Shown here piece by piece: positions 10,783 to 24,197 of a DNA stretch of 64,000 nucleotides; positions within the stretch are counted from its first letter, which is position 1, and every line of letters starts with the position of its first letter. Source of the DNA: Enoplolaimus lenunculus (lineage: Eukaryota). Below the pieces are notes generated by a model. The model did not search any database, was not told the origin of the DNA, and worked only from the letters and a program-made list of their open reading frames with translations. The stretch covers positions 1 to 64,000 of the forward strand of contig JASANG010004046.1 of assembly GCA_030248215.1 (NCBI GenBank). Reading direction: 5' to 3'. A program made the translations under genes and the position numbers.

Positions 10783-11203
10783 CAGGGTGCAAAGCGGAAC
10801 TGGATTATACCGGAATCAGAATCGGAACAGCAAATTTATACCGAAATTCTAATCGGAATCGGAACTAGAAATTTTGTGACTACGGATAATTTGTATTAAT
10901 AAATATGATATTGATTTAGGGTGTCTGTTGGCAGGGAACAGGTATCATAAAAGTCGCATGAACAAATTGGCGATGATTTTTGGTTCTGTAAAACTTAACT
11001 ACAACCTATTATTGATAACTTAACTCATCGAAAGCAATTTAATACACAAATAATACAGAATTCTAATGCAATATATCACAACAAATAGAATTAAAATTAA
11101 AATTTAAAAATTCCGATTCCGATTGATTGTGCAACCGGATTCGGAATCGGAACTCGTTTTGAATCGGAATTCTAATCGGAATCGGAATTCCGGTTGCATC
11201 CTG
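10783..11203. mobile_element. hAT-type MITE, CGGAAT-array family
   Basis: CAGGGTGCAAAGCGG...CCGGTTGCATCCTG; TSD GGAGGTAT/GGAGATAT. Related partial copies at ~6055-6310, 29487-29640 and 61358-61428, and an inverted copy at 59452-59771. Confidence 0.8.
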
Positions 11204-14200
11204 GGAGATATGTTTAAAGCCAACCCTAATCTCGGTTTAGACGTCATGCCTGAAAAGACAAGCTTAAATAAAAATTTCTCACAGAAACAAATGGTGAGAA
11301 TCAAGTCAATTAGAGTTCAAGCGGTATTTTATGGCTCGCTATCTGTATCGAAATACAAATTCTAGGTCAGCATGGTTCTTCAGACTATTTGCTGCAGACA
11401 TGAAAAATGCCATGAAGGTATTAATCGTGTAAGTCCTCAAATGTTCGCCCCATGATGAGTATATATATATTTCTTAGATGCTACGCAAATGTATATTTTA
11501 CTCAATTCTGCTGAGAATACAGTAAAATTAATAGTATCGGTATGCTCTCAAAAAACCGATAAAATGGGTTCAACACTAATAGATATATACCGAACAGTAG
11601 AGTTATTTGATAACCTGAGTCAAGTTTAGACCTTGGTTTTTCAATATACTTTGTTGAGCGTAGGGTTTTGATTTAATGCTGAAAATTACACCAAGCTTCT
11701 CGCTCGGTTCTGTCGTGAGGTTGTTTTCAAAGTAATATCTGTAAAATTATTGGCGAATAATTGGTGATTTAGTAATCTATTGTTGTTTCAAAGCTTACCG
11801 ATACATTTGGAGATGCACTTTTGTATGTATCCACCACTTTCCGTTCAGTAATTCTTAGATCCGCCATTGTTAACTGCCGAATTATAAAGAAAACCTCGCG
11901 AGCGATAAAACAGACCTAATATTTTTTCGTTTATGGATATTGGATTGGGTATGGGAGAAGTCCATACGCAGCAGATCTCTATCTGTCTACGCGTATGAAG
12001 ATGATAAAATAGCGTTTGTAATTTTAAGCGTTTACTTTTAGGTTATTTTTGTTACCGCCCTCGGGTAGTGACACCTGTTTTTGCTGGCGGCAGTCTGCAA
12101 AAGGTTATGTGTTTCAGATATATTCAAGAACAATTTTTAATTCATCAGTATATACGTACAATTTTCAGGGCCTATGTTACTTTAAGGACTGCCTCGGTTT
12201 CTGATGTGTCTGTAAAGGTGTAGGATTAGGTTGTAGGCTACATTTTATGCGCAGGCTTTGGCTTACGCAAAATAATCCACTTTTTTAACGTTTAGGCTTA
12301 GGAATATGCGTAATCTGCGGATTTGTGTTCATTCATTAGCAATTTTAGCACGGAATCTTGTATCGGACTGCAGTGTCAACCTTGTAATGTATTTTGAAAG
12401 CACAATTTTTCTTTTCTAATCGTCGGCGATATCTTCAATCACAGTTTAGCGGCCAGAGAAGCTGTGAAACACTTAAAAAATTCGTAAATTTTAATTTTAA
12501 AACTTTTGAAATGTTATCTTTTCGCTCGATCTTTAATTCGAAGATTGTAGGAAAAATGCGTGCAACCTCTGCAAAGTTTAAGCTTTACATTTACTCAAGT
12601 CAGGTTTTGAATATCGCTGTTTGAATATATTATGAGTAAATGGGTTTGCGTGATAAGATAATTGGAAAAAGTTGGTTATGTACTATGTTAGCAATTTCGT
12701 GCTGCTAATCAGTGGCTGCGCTTCGGTAACCGTGAGCTCAACGACACCTTGCCACCCAACCCACTGCGCCGAGACTACGGCTGCAGTTTCGGCCGTCCGT
12801 TAAACCATTACTCGCAGCTTCACTCACTGTAGGCCGCACCAAAAGCCTGTTTTGAGACATAGAAGGAACAATGTTCATTTTCAAAAATGCAAGGTTCACC
12901 AAGGAAATAAACCAAACAAACATTGCTCCGTTAGGACTGGAGTTTTCGGTATACTATAAGAAGCATAAGAATAGCGAGTGGTAATTATACAACCTCATGA
13001 TTTATTCTTGACTCTCTGTGCTCAAATAACTGGCAGAAACACTTAGTAAATAAAGCAAACTATCGTGCAAATTAATAACAATTCTTACGAGAGAACGATA
13101 TTAAATAGTATATTAAAATCTTAATTTTCATACCAAATGACCGTTGGACCTGTGACAGTATTTTCCACATGACCGGAAATTAAGAAGGGAAATGCTTCAG
13201 AAATGTTGCTCACGTACCAGCATTTAAACTTTGTAGAAAAATTAAAGTTGCGCTAATAATATACTTTGAAACAAATAAAATACATCGCGTTTACAGTAAA
13301 CATTTCGGTACAAAAACCAAGTTACAGGGTTGTTTTTGGGTTCCATCATCCCTCGAATCCAAGATTTAAACACTTTCAATTAAAAATTCGTGCTAGACGC
13401 CTACTTGTAATCTTGGAAGACATACGTTTAGTTTTGAAAATTACTATCTTTGAGTTAGCTCGCGGTGACCATATATTTGGCTTTCAGTCAAATAATTTGT
13501 TCATTTAACGTTTATTATTTTGTGTTTGCCTGGGATTTTAACGTTTATTGTTTTGTGTTTGCCTGGGACAGCAGTTGTACCCGCATAGAAATCCCAGTTT
13601 TATTGTACCTAAGATACCATAAAAATATTTTCCAAGCCTGAATTTAATATTGTGTAGCGACGAAAAAAGCTTTTTATCCAGTGCTGCGCATTTCATGCTA
13701 TGATGGATAGTTTAATACACTGATTTGTGACGAATAGTTGTTTAGTTATAATTTCAGTGACTATCGCCAGCCAATCGTGAATTCAGAGAAGGAGCGATGG
13801 GGGATGCATCTCGGCACCACCGGCCTTGCCTTACTAAAAATTTTTTATGATGCATGTAGTTCATCTGAAGCTCATGTGTTCTCTAGCCAAATAGGTTGGA
13901 AAATAGGGCGCAGTTACAACACGAATCGAAAAATTTTGCACCTTCAGCGCAATTGGGTAATTTTGAAATATGAAGAATTTACTAAAACACTTTTCAATAA
14001 AATTTTAAAAAATTTTTAGTACAAAAAGTATCCTCCTCGCCTGGAAAGTCCTAGATCCGCCACTGGAGCCAGTGGCAGATACAGGATTTTCCGGTAGAGA
14101 GGATACTTCTTATGTTTTGAAATTTTATGGTTTTAAAGCGCATCTTCCTGTTTGCTAGAAAGCAAATTGTGAGCTGAGGATAGACCTGTTGCATATCAAA

Positions 14201-15854
14201 ATTTTCTGCACGGCAGGGCCGCAGATGGGAATATGCTTAAACGGTGCCGCTGACACTTCCTTTTTATTACTAAGCAATTTGTTTATATGTTCCCCAAGGT
14301 TCAATTGAATACGAAAAAATACCAGAACTCCAGTGGAACCTAATTCGTTTATTGAGTAAGAATATGGCTTGCGGATATTACGGTGTCATTCTGTTAACCT
14401 GTACATCTCTACAGATATTCTGGCGTCGCCCGAGGTAGAAATATTTTTGTAAGTAACATTTTTATACAGTATAGATGAAATTAGCTGAAGCTTTTCTAAA
14501 AAACAAAATGGGCACTGGCAGGTTAAGTTGTGCAGGGTTGGAACTAATTGTACTAATAAATAGCTCTTTAACTGCAACTGCAATTTTAGCCGTGTAATAA
14601 TGTTGTGTGAGATGTATGCGAGGAAACACGTGTCGTTTATAAGCGATGCTCTTGTTTTTATGCGCTCAGTCTGGAAGTCTGGGCTTTCTTGCTAAAAATG
14701 GTGGAGTTTTAGGTTTGGAAATTTGTGCACGTGTTACCAAATATTAACCAAACTGAGGCCAGTTCAGAGGGGTGTACGCAAGCATTTAAGATGACTTACA
14801 AGCAAAGTTGAAACTTTACTATTGATGGCCAAATTGTTCGGATTGGGTGAAATCTGATTGCCTCTTTCTAGCTGCGGTTCCGTTTTCAAAAATTTGTTTG
14901 CAAATGTTTTCGGTTTACATGCGGTCGCTTTACGATGCAATTATTTACGCATATACATAAATTTAAATAAATTAGCGATATGGTTTTGTTTTTAATGCTA
15001 TTTTTAGAAATATTTTAATGTTTTTCGCCATTTCGCAATGCGCATCACACCCGACAATAACTTGCGCTTCACCTGGATTACAGCATTGTGCACGGCTGTT
15101 GTTTTTAAGCGAAACTGTACGCGCAAACCAGACGAGTGCAGTCGTAGAATTTCACTTTTTATGTCAACTTTGACGGCGTTTCAAAACCTGGGAATAAATG
15201 TAACGGCATTTAAGTTTCATTTTTATTGATTCGTTTTATAGACACGAAATAACTAGCTAGATAGTGTTTTTCAGGCAAAATTTATTTAGCAAATAACCGT
15301 CAATAATTGTAGCAAAATTTTCTGAGCTATATCTCGTTTGAAAAATGGCTGAAACTTTACGCCGCGAACAGTTGGCAAATGTACCTGGTACAGTGTCAGA
15401 TTTAGGATTATATTGTTTGAATATTAATTTATTTAGTACAATTTTATTGCCTGATGTGACTTTGGTTGACACGAGAAGATAACAAGAAGCACAGTTTGGG
15501 TTGTTTCTTAGTTTGGAAAACAACGCCAGATACAGGGCTGTGTTTTTGTAGGCGAACTGTACATATTTATTGTCCTTAAGTGGATGGTCGACAGATATTG
15601 GTTACGTTTTGATTTTCAAATTTATAATCTAAAGATGGAGACAGATGGAGACGAAACTTGTTAGGGGTAGGCTTTATTATTATTTATATACACATATTTG
15701 AATTTTGATTTTACTATGTTGGAAGGAAACGATAAATGCTGAAGTTTTGTTTTGCTCTGTTATGAGAGAATTAACCGGTTAGTTTTTTATATATGCGGTC
15801 GTTTGTAGTCGATTTTATTACTAGCATAACGGAATTTAGTTACTATATGCGAAT

Positions 15855-16252
15855 CAGATTGCAACCGGAATTATAAAATACCGGAACCGGAAATTTAAAA
15901 AAACCGGAACCTTAGCCGAAACTGGAAAGCAAAAGAAACTTGTTACCGGAAACTCATTTTTAACGCTATTTTATCGGTTTGATGGTGTAGACACACCATT
16001 TAGAATGCCAGACTCCTGAAACAAATGCAGTAGATGGAAACGCGTGATAAGTTATGGAGTGTGACACTGCTCAGACAATTTTAGAAAAATAAGTTGGAAT
16101 ATGACGTCAATTTTTTTAAATTTTCAAATGAAAAATGTTCACTACCGAAAATATTGGAAAATTCCCGTGGAAAATACCGGATTTGTTACCGCTACTGGAT
16201 ATTGAAAAATACAGGATATCCCTACCGGAACCGGAAATCCGGGTGTACCCTG
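15855..16252. mobile_element. hAT-type MITE, CCGGAA-array family
   Basis: CAGATTGCAACCGG...CCGGGTGTACCCTG; TSD ATGCGAAT/GTGCGAAT. Confidence 0.7.
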
Positions 16253-17713
16253 GTGCGAATATTTTCCAACATTCAGTTGTTACATCCGTTTTCAATATCA
16301 GTTTTTCGTATTGTGTGCCTCATGATAAGTTCAACAAAAAACCAGTTCTGTTACGATATAAAGTGATTGAAATCATACAAACAAAAATTTCGGAACTTGG
16401 ACAGAATATTCGACCGCTGATTGAGCTAAAAAATCTCAAAATGCCAATATTTAAAAATACAACTAAAGATCCGGTTTGTTTTTGGGCGTTTAAGTTATCC
16501 AAAACATCGAAATTCGCAAATTTCTGAGTAATACTGGCATATTATAGGTAACTTCTTAGATCAATTTGTGCATGTTCTGAGATTGTGAAATAGAAAAATT
16601 TCGAACTATGTACAAAGGAAAGGTGACAAAATTATTAATTATCGATATATATTGGAAGTTAGCAAAATGCAAGGTTTGGATTTGGATTCGGCAAACGAGT
16701 GATGGATTTGGATTTGGTCAAATCGTAGATTTGGTGCAATCTTGGATTTGGTGCCAGTACTACACTACAGTGAGCAGTAGTATGCAGCGCATTCTTTTAT
16801 ATATATAAATATATAATATATATATACCATTTATATGTCGCGTCCTGAATAACTTTTTGTCCTGAATCCTGTTCGCTACTTAAACCTAACCAATATTTTA
16901 TTGCAATATGATTGGTTAGTAGTAGGGATGTGCCGGGTAGTCGGTATCGGTTCGGCATCGGCAACGGATAATGATCAGAATAACGGAAACCGAAAACGGA
17001 TACTAAAGCATAAAAGTTTCAAAGATGTTTTATTTTTCAGCCAACGCAACTGATGCATGCAAATATTCACAGAGCGTTCTAAAATTTTAAAGAAAAAATG
17101 GCGGATGGATCAATATTTTTTAAGATTTTGGATGAATTTTTTATTGTGCTTTCATTTCGAACAATTGCAGCACATCTGTAATGAAAAATTGCGAGAATAC
17201 GAGATTTATAACTAATTTTGAAGTTAAATATAACATAATTTTCGTTATTTCTATAACAGAAAGCGCAACGGAAATCGATTTTTACCGGAAACGGAAACGG
17301 ATATCCGGTTACGCACTGGTTGAAACGAATGTTTTATGTACAAGCAATAGACACCGTATATATGAAAATTAGAACCCACTCATAAAAAGTTTGATGAAGA
17401 ATATTTTATGACTACAAATTTGGAACCATTGTCAACTGGGAAAACAAATTGGTGTTCAGGATACCTTGTATATAAAGTTAGTTTTTCTCTTAATAGTTAT
17501 TAATTTAAGTGTTACCATTAACAAACAGTGTTTAGAAAGGTTTTTATGCCATTACATAGGTTTTTGAAGGTTGCTTTTGATATCGATTTGGTTTTTTACA
17601 TTCTTATTACTTTTTTGGTGCGCGTGCATCTAAAGCGTAATAATTATAATTAAATTTACGTATTTTATTTTAACAACGCCCATGTAAATCAAGAATAAAT
17701 ATACGCACGTAAT

Positions 17714-18600
17714 ATGGATGTGTTAAATAGTTTTCAACAGTCGCCTGCCGCGCTGCAATTTGATTCACGTTGTGTTGTTCGAAGCATTGAGGCGTCGCCA
17801 CAAGGTGTTGTTAAAGATTTACTGAATACTCATTACGGTCTGAGTTGCGGTCAGTCCACAACCTTGCAGGCCAAATGTGTCCGCGCTGACGCGCAACTGG
17901 AAGACCAGGCACGTCGGGTGCAGGCCTTTGACTCGAGGTGCACGTTTGGTGCTACCGGGTACAATTTGGAAGACTCGGATTGCAATTCAACAGGGGTTTG
18001 GCGGAATCCGATCGATGAAGCCGGAGCGAATGGTGAAAACAAACGAGAAAGCGTTCGGAAACAAGAATTAGAGTCGCAAAGAGATTTATCGGTTGCGAGT
18101 GATTGTGGAAGCAACAGCGTCGCTGGTTCAGACGAGAACGGCGTGGTTTGGACGACACTTAGTGCGATGTCAGTGCTTACTCCGCCGGAGACACCGTCTG
18201 CTGTACTAGACACAGTGGCGTCGTATGCGATTTCTAGAGAAAGTGGAGAACGATTAGCGTTCGATGAAACAGAAAAAAAGCAAACAGGTGTGGTAAAACT
18301 AGATTTGGGAATTGATGTGGCTAAAACGAATTTGGCAATTCCTGGAACTGAAACGAAATTCGGAAAAGCTCGAGATAAAAATCGAAGTTGTTCAGAGCGA
18401 ATAATGGGTATGACGCTGAGGAAAGATGGACAAGAAGACGGTGGTGATTCTAGAGTGCGTTTGGTGAATACTAGTTTATTGAAGTCAAAGGTTTGGTTGA
18501 GTAGAAGTAGTACTAATGGAGCGCTGGCAGCGGCGGAGGCCCGGAATGGAGTGGTACGTGATGCAGAAGAAATGCTTGATTGGGTGAAAGCTGTGTTCAG
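17714..18600 (+). CDS. TSC22D: Alternative first coding exon of the TSC22D-like gene (isoform about 487 aa)
   Basis: Long, repeat-free, ATG-initiated ORF inside the 23-kb intron; donor CAG|GTGCGT at 18600 in phase 2 joins in frame to exon 30324 (..KAVF-S-PTGTSVIAID). Confidence 0.65.
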
Positions 18601-20002
18601 GTGCGTTGCTAGCTGTTTTGGCGGCTTGGTGAGGGATTTGGTGGCTGTTTGCGTTTCGTGGAGTATTTGATATCCAGTTTTGCTAAGATGTTCGTCAAGG
18701 TAGATTGGTGAATTTAAATAATCTTAGCGGAAGTTGTAATACGAAAATATAAATGTTCAGCTAAAGCTTAAATCCTAGCTGTTTCAGTGGAAGCTAGAAA
18801 AATACTTTTCGTTCGCTTTAATGTTTCGCTGACTGGTCCAATTTATGAAAGTGTAGTCTCTGGCACACACACATGTATAAAGTCCATCATTCTGTTGAAA
18901 CATTAAAATAGGCATTATCTGTCAGAACACCAATATATGCTAATCTACATGGGTGAATAGGGTGGGAATGTGCGAATATATCCCCTGCCGCAATTTCTTG
19001 ACAGCAAGACACACCGTTAAAAGGATTCAGAATAACTTTTGATTTCTATAGGCCAAAGTATTTTTGAGTTATAACACTTATACCCTCCCGGAATGGAAAC
19101 CTGACGACGCTGCTGACGATATGTGCTTCCCTTGTGGTTTTTTGGCATTTGTTTTAATTATAAAACCAGCCAAACTAGACTGTGTGGCTGTATGCCAAAA
19201 ATCACGTTCGGCGCCTTCAACGCACTGTGCTTATACGAACATTCGCGTCGTGTTGCCGCGATTTTCCAAATGGAGGTTACGTTCTGTAAAAATTTTTGAA
19301 GAAGGGTCATTTGTTAAAACTAAAAAAACTTTGTAATATATTGATAGTATCACAAAAGGGGTTTCTAAAACCCTTAAATCCTTGAACCCCGTCGAAATGC
19401 ATAAGTTGCATATATTATATAGGTATGCATATATTTGCTGAAGTAGCCAGTTAGCATGGAGGTTTCCTTTAGGACCTTTTAAAATTACGAGGTGGCAGGA
19501 GCACGTGTTTCATTTTTATCTCATTTCATTAAATATGGAAGCCCTCTATTAAAGTAGAGAGGTTGTCTGGTCTACGGTGTATATACATAAACGAAATGTG
19601 GCATACATTATGTACGTACCGTTCCGGGATATATATACATATATATGTATATGTGCATGTATGTATATATCAGTATGATAAAGCAAATGTCGTAGGGTCG
19701 GGAGCTTCGGCCAAGGAGGATAAACCAGTGAATAATGTTGTCATTTATGTGTTAGGTATCGACTGATCTGATGGTTTTTGGTAGGCATTTTGCATTAAAA
19801 CGATGTTATGTTGCTGTAGTTTTATTTTAACCAAGTATTTAAATGTAATTAAAATAAGAGCTTGTTTCGGCCCGTGCCCATGGTTAATAGCTTAGTTCGT
19901 TGTTGTATGGGTAAGGTCGCGAAGTCGCGAACGCTGCCTCTGTACAAAACAGGTTCGAATCGAAGTCGTTTTGTAGGTGTTACGCTAAGCGTAGGTGTAG
20001 AT

Positions 20003-20372
20003 CAGGGTAACGCCGAACCAATGATTTCACTGATTCCGAACCTATCCGAACATTGACTTTAGAAAATTTCCTCGTATGAAATAAAAGTATTGTACAAAAT
20101 TACACAGAACTGTGGCTATGTGGCATACGTATCGTATTAGCTAGTCTAATCAATGCAGTCAACCGAAACATGTGAATTTCTTAATATTAAACCCAGAATT
20201 CATTAAAACATGAGTTACGATTCACAACCGCATACCCGCAAGTTTTAAAGTTTCCAAACAACTGGTTCAGTTTTGGCTCAATAAAACAAAACATGGTTTT
20301 TCCGAATTCGATTACGAATTTTCAATTTTTACCAAATCTGACACCGAAATCCAAACTTTTGTTGCCACCCTG
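20003..20372. mobile_element. hAT-type MITE
   Basis: CAGGGTAAC...GTTGCCACCCTG; TSD GTGTAGAT/GTTTAGAT. Confidence 0.6.
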
Positions 20373-20790
20373 GTTTAGATTAACGGGTCGCTTGGTGTAA
20401 AACAATATCCTATTGTTGTTATTTTGAACTACTGTAGTGACCCGAATAAGAGGGGGACTGATATTTGTTTGCCCTTTCCAGAGGGTGCCCCCCTGTTATT
20501 CGATTACGGACTATTATTTATTTTTAACCCGCCCTTCGCCACCCTTCGGTACTGATATACATTCGGTATTGCAACTATCCGTTGAATTAGACGTTTGTCT
20601 TGTGTCAAAAGTAGGGAACGACAACGTATATAAAATACAAAAAGTTCAACTGATTGTTTCGCAAAATTAGTCAACAAAACTTACAGCAACTAAAAAAGAA
20701 GTCTTTAAAATTTTTATGTTTGTTCTTCTTCCGCAACAACACTGGTCTTCACGTGGATGTCATTAGCCTGACATTCCAACAAAGCATTAA

Positions 20791-21053
20791 CCCTTTCTCA
20801 CATGAATATTTTTAATTTCCCGTGAGACCTACTTTTATGCTAGGATTAGAACTCTAGTGACTGGAGCGGGAGGCGTATACCATCACCACTCAGCTATAGG
20901 AGCTTGACGCTCGAGCCCGAGAGGGCTCTCACGTCTTGTGGTGATTTAGTACTACGTTTACGTGTTGCAATTGTTAAACCATGGTGCGATATATACTATT
21001 TAACGTATATACACTGCGCTGAGTTGCCTACAGGCAACTCAATGTGAGAAGGG
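20791..21053 (-). mobile_element. piggyBac-type (TTAA) MITE carrying a tRNA-like A/B-box cassette
   Basis: TTAA|CCCTTTCTCACAT...ATGTGAGAAGGG|TTAA, 263 bp. The internal reverse strand reads GCTCCTATAGCTGAGTGGT...GAGTTCTAATCC. Hairpins GAGTTGCC-TACA-GGCAACTC and GAGCCC-GAGA-GGGCTC. Confidence 0.85.
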
Positions 21054-21556
21054 TTAATGCTCACAAAGGGCTTATTAGATTACGTACGCATAGTTGAAAT
21101 ACATACACCAATTTTGGTATGTTTTTGTTTGTATATATATCAAATTTTGGATCCGGAGATGCGGTAGTATATTTTACCGGATCCGGATTCGGATCCGGAT
21201 CTTAAAAATTGTAGAGATCCGGCCCGGATCCGGATCTCGGATCCGGTTGATCCCTAGTCAAAAGCTTGAGCGATAAAGCTAGGTTATACTTTGAAATGCA
21301 ATTTTAAAACTTAAGCATGCTTTAAAGTTTGGAACTCAACTTTGTTTGGTCCTGGACTCATTTATGCGCGGTAATGTGTCGGTATTTGGCAGGATCCCTG
21401 CCCATGTCCCCAAGTTTTCCAGCTGCATGGTCGAAAGGTTGGTAGTTCCCGACCGATCTTATCTAACTACATTTGTAATTTTCAAGAGCAGTGATAAGAT
21501 GGGGTGTCGATGCCAAAGAGACGGGTGCCCTCCTTTTATTGGACCAAGTGACTATC

Positions 21557-22352
21557 AGTCGTAGTAGGACTACTTTTATTGAGCGAAGCTCGAGCGCACG
21601 TAAGTAGTTAAGCTATTATGCAAATTAGTTATTAGCTAACTATTTATTTGTCGGTTTTGGTGGTTTGTAAGTAATTTACTCAGATTCCTCGCACCCAAAA
21701 ACCCTTCAGTCACCCTAATAATTATTGAAATAGTTTAAAAAAGTCCTAGATTTGTTTTGTCAATTAAGCTAATATGCAAATTAGCTATTAGGTAACTATT
21801 AAATTATCGGTTTTGGAGGTTTGTAAACAATTTATTCAAATTTCTCTCACCTAAAAACCTTTAGTGCTTAAATTATATTGCTTTTAACCTTAATAATTAG
21901 TGAAATATTGTAAAAAGTCTTAATTTAGGCTTATAAACTATGCTATTATGCAAATTATCTATTAGCTAACTGCTCAATTATCGGTTTTGGAGATTTGTAA
22001 ACAGTCTATGCAGATTCCTTGCACCCAAAAACCTTTAATGCTAAAATTAGATTGCTTCTAACTGTAATAATTAGTGAAATATTGTAGAAAGTCCTAATTT
22101 AGGCTTAATTAATTATGCAGATTATCCTGTAGCTAATTAACGGCTTAAAATTTTAAAACCCCAATGCGAGGTTAACAACCCAGGATAATTGGCTTTCAAA
22201 CAAAAAAGTTTATCAAAATCGGTTCAGCCGTTCCTGAGATTCTTTTCCGACGGACAGACGGACGGACGGATATCCACCTTTCGACCTTCCAGTACAAAAC
22301 ATAAAACGCTTCGCGAAACTGTCAGCTTCGCTCGGAGTTTCGCTTCGCTCAA
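21557..22352 (-). mobile_element. Helentron-associated/DINE-1-like non-autonomous element (full length)
   Basis: Subterminal inverted repeats TTGAGCGAAGC (21579-) and GCTTCGCTCAA (-22352), terminal stem-loop GTAGTAGGACTAC, GACG/GACA microsatellite near one end, and 3-4 internal ~155-175-bp tandem units. Confidence 0.72.
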
Positions 22353-24197
22353 AAATATTTCTCAACTTTAAATCGGAAATTTGTAACTTTGAACCTTTCT
22401 TCTGAAAATGTTTAAAAGTTTCGTGCTTCCCACGTTATCAGTTTCATCTTTGGAAACAATTTGATCTTTCATCGAAAGTTTTTAACCTTTCTTAATTTGT
22501 ATGCAAATACTGTCAAATCCACTCATGTCCCACCTGAAATTGTACGCTCCACCCCGGCATCCCCGTGTATCTAGTTTATTAAGCGGGCTTTGGGTCAGGA
22601 TGCAACCGTATTTCAATTTCCGCTTTAATATGCGGCAAAAACTGATAACCGTCGTATCCGGTTCTGGTATCCGGTGGTTGTGGTGCTGAAGAAATAAAAA
22701 AACCCGTTTTGTAAGTAATCGTCTTGCTATTACATTTTTGCGCAACTCAAGAACTTCAACTCTTGAAATGTCTCGTGCTACATTTAACTTATGTAAGCGA
22801 GTGAGAATTAAACTCATTTTTGCACTAAATACGTACCCAATTTCCGTGCCGGTTGCATGTTCCACAATCGTCGTCCGTAGGTTCTAATTTGTCTTTTGAA
22901 ACTCAGTGTTTCTCCTTCGAGTATTAAAGGCACAAAGCTTAATTGTGTGAATAGAAGGGAGGTTGGGTTGTCACAACGACTTTTACAGTATAAGATTGAT
23001 GCGTTTTTGTTTTGCAATATATTTATTTTTTCATGTTAGATTTAAGACAAGATTCATTCAAAATAGTGTGCGTGATGTTAGAATATTTGCGAAACCCTAA
23101 ACGCGCTGAAAAGAACTAGTTGTTCGAGGAATTTTTCGGCTGCCTGAATTCCTGTGGCTGTCAGTGCTTATAAGTTGCGTTATGAGAAGGTTGGAGTCAG
23201 ATTGAGAATAATAGAGAGTTAGAAATTTAAAAATCGCTTAACGTTTTGGTACGAAACTTTTTTCGGAATATTTAATATTTTGAGGCTACTGATTGGTGCC
23301 ATAGCTGTGCTGTATGTATGGACGATATGTATGACCAAACTCGGCTTTGTACTCTTTTCACCCACATTTAAAGTTAACGCTTATGTTCAGGTTTTTGTAA
23401 GCGTTTGGCTTAGCCTTATGCAAGCTTTTTTCGAAACCTAAGCTTAAGCCTGAACCGAAGTCCTAAGCCTGTGGGGAACAGTGTACAACAGTCCGTGCTG
23501 TAAAATTTCATACCATCTGCGTGCAATAACTGTTTGATACGGGCTTTAAGCTTAGATTTTAGAGCCTTTCAATAACTTGTGTTCCTAACCTACCGTATGT
23601 ATTGTTTCTTCAGCAGCGATTTGTGTAAATTTCTTTTGACTAATGGCAAATTGAGTAGTAATAATAATGTGTTTTTTTTTTGTGCAACGTGATTTGTTGC
23701 TGTTGCTATGCTAGTATGTATGTTGTGTAGTGGTTTTGCATTGAAGTTATTTTTGGCTTCGAACTAATCTTTAGGGCAGCAATTTTTACTGAGACATGGG
23801 GAAGGTTGTTAGGGGTGTTGGCTGAGGGCGGTCTCAAAAGTTCGTGGCCCCTAATTGGTTTGGGAAACAAATGATATTTAACAAAAGTCATCGCTGTGCA
23901 AAATTTAAGATTTAAAGCTGTTTTTAAAAAAATATTTAGTACATTAATTGCTATTTAACCCAAACTTTACACTCATTAACTCTACGTATATAGTTACATA
24001 CAGAAGAAAATGAAATATGAAATATAGTTTTAAGAAGTCACCAAATAAATTCAATTGAAAACCAACATTTTGATAGTTTTGAAGTCACTTCTCACAAATC
24101 TTAGTTCTTGTAGCGGTGCCGCTGGTAAATATGGCTCTTCTGGGATCGGCAGGTTTTGTCTCAGGAAATCTCGGTCTCGTTTTTTGAGCATTGGTTG

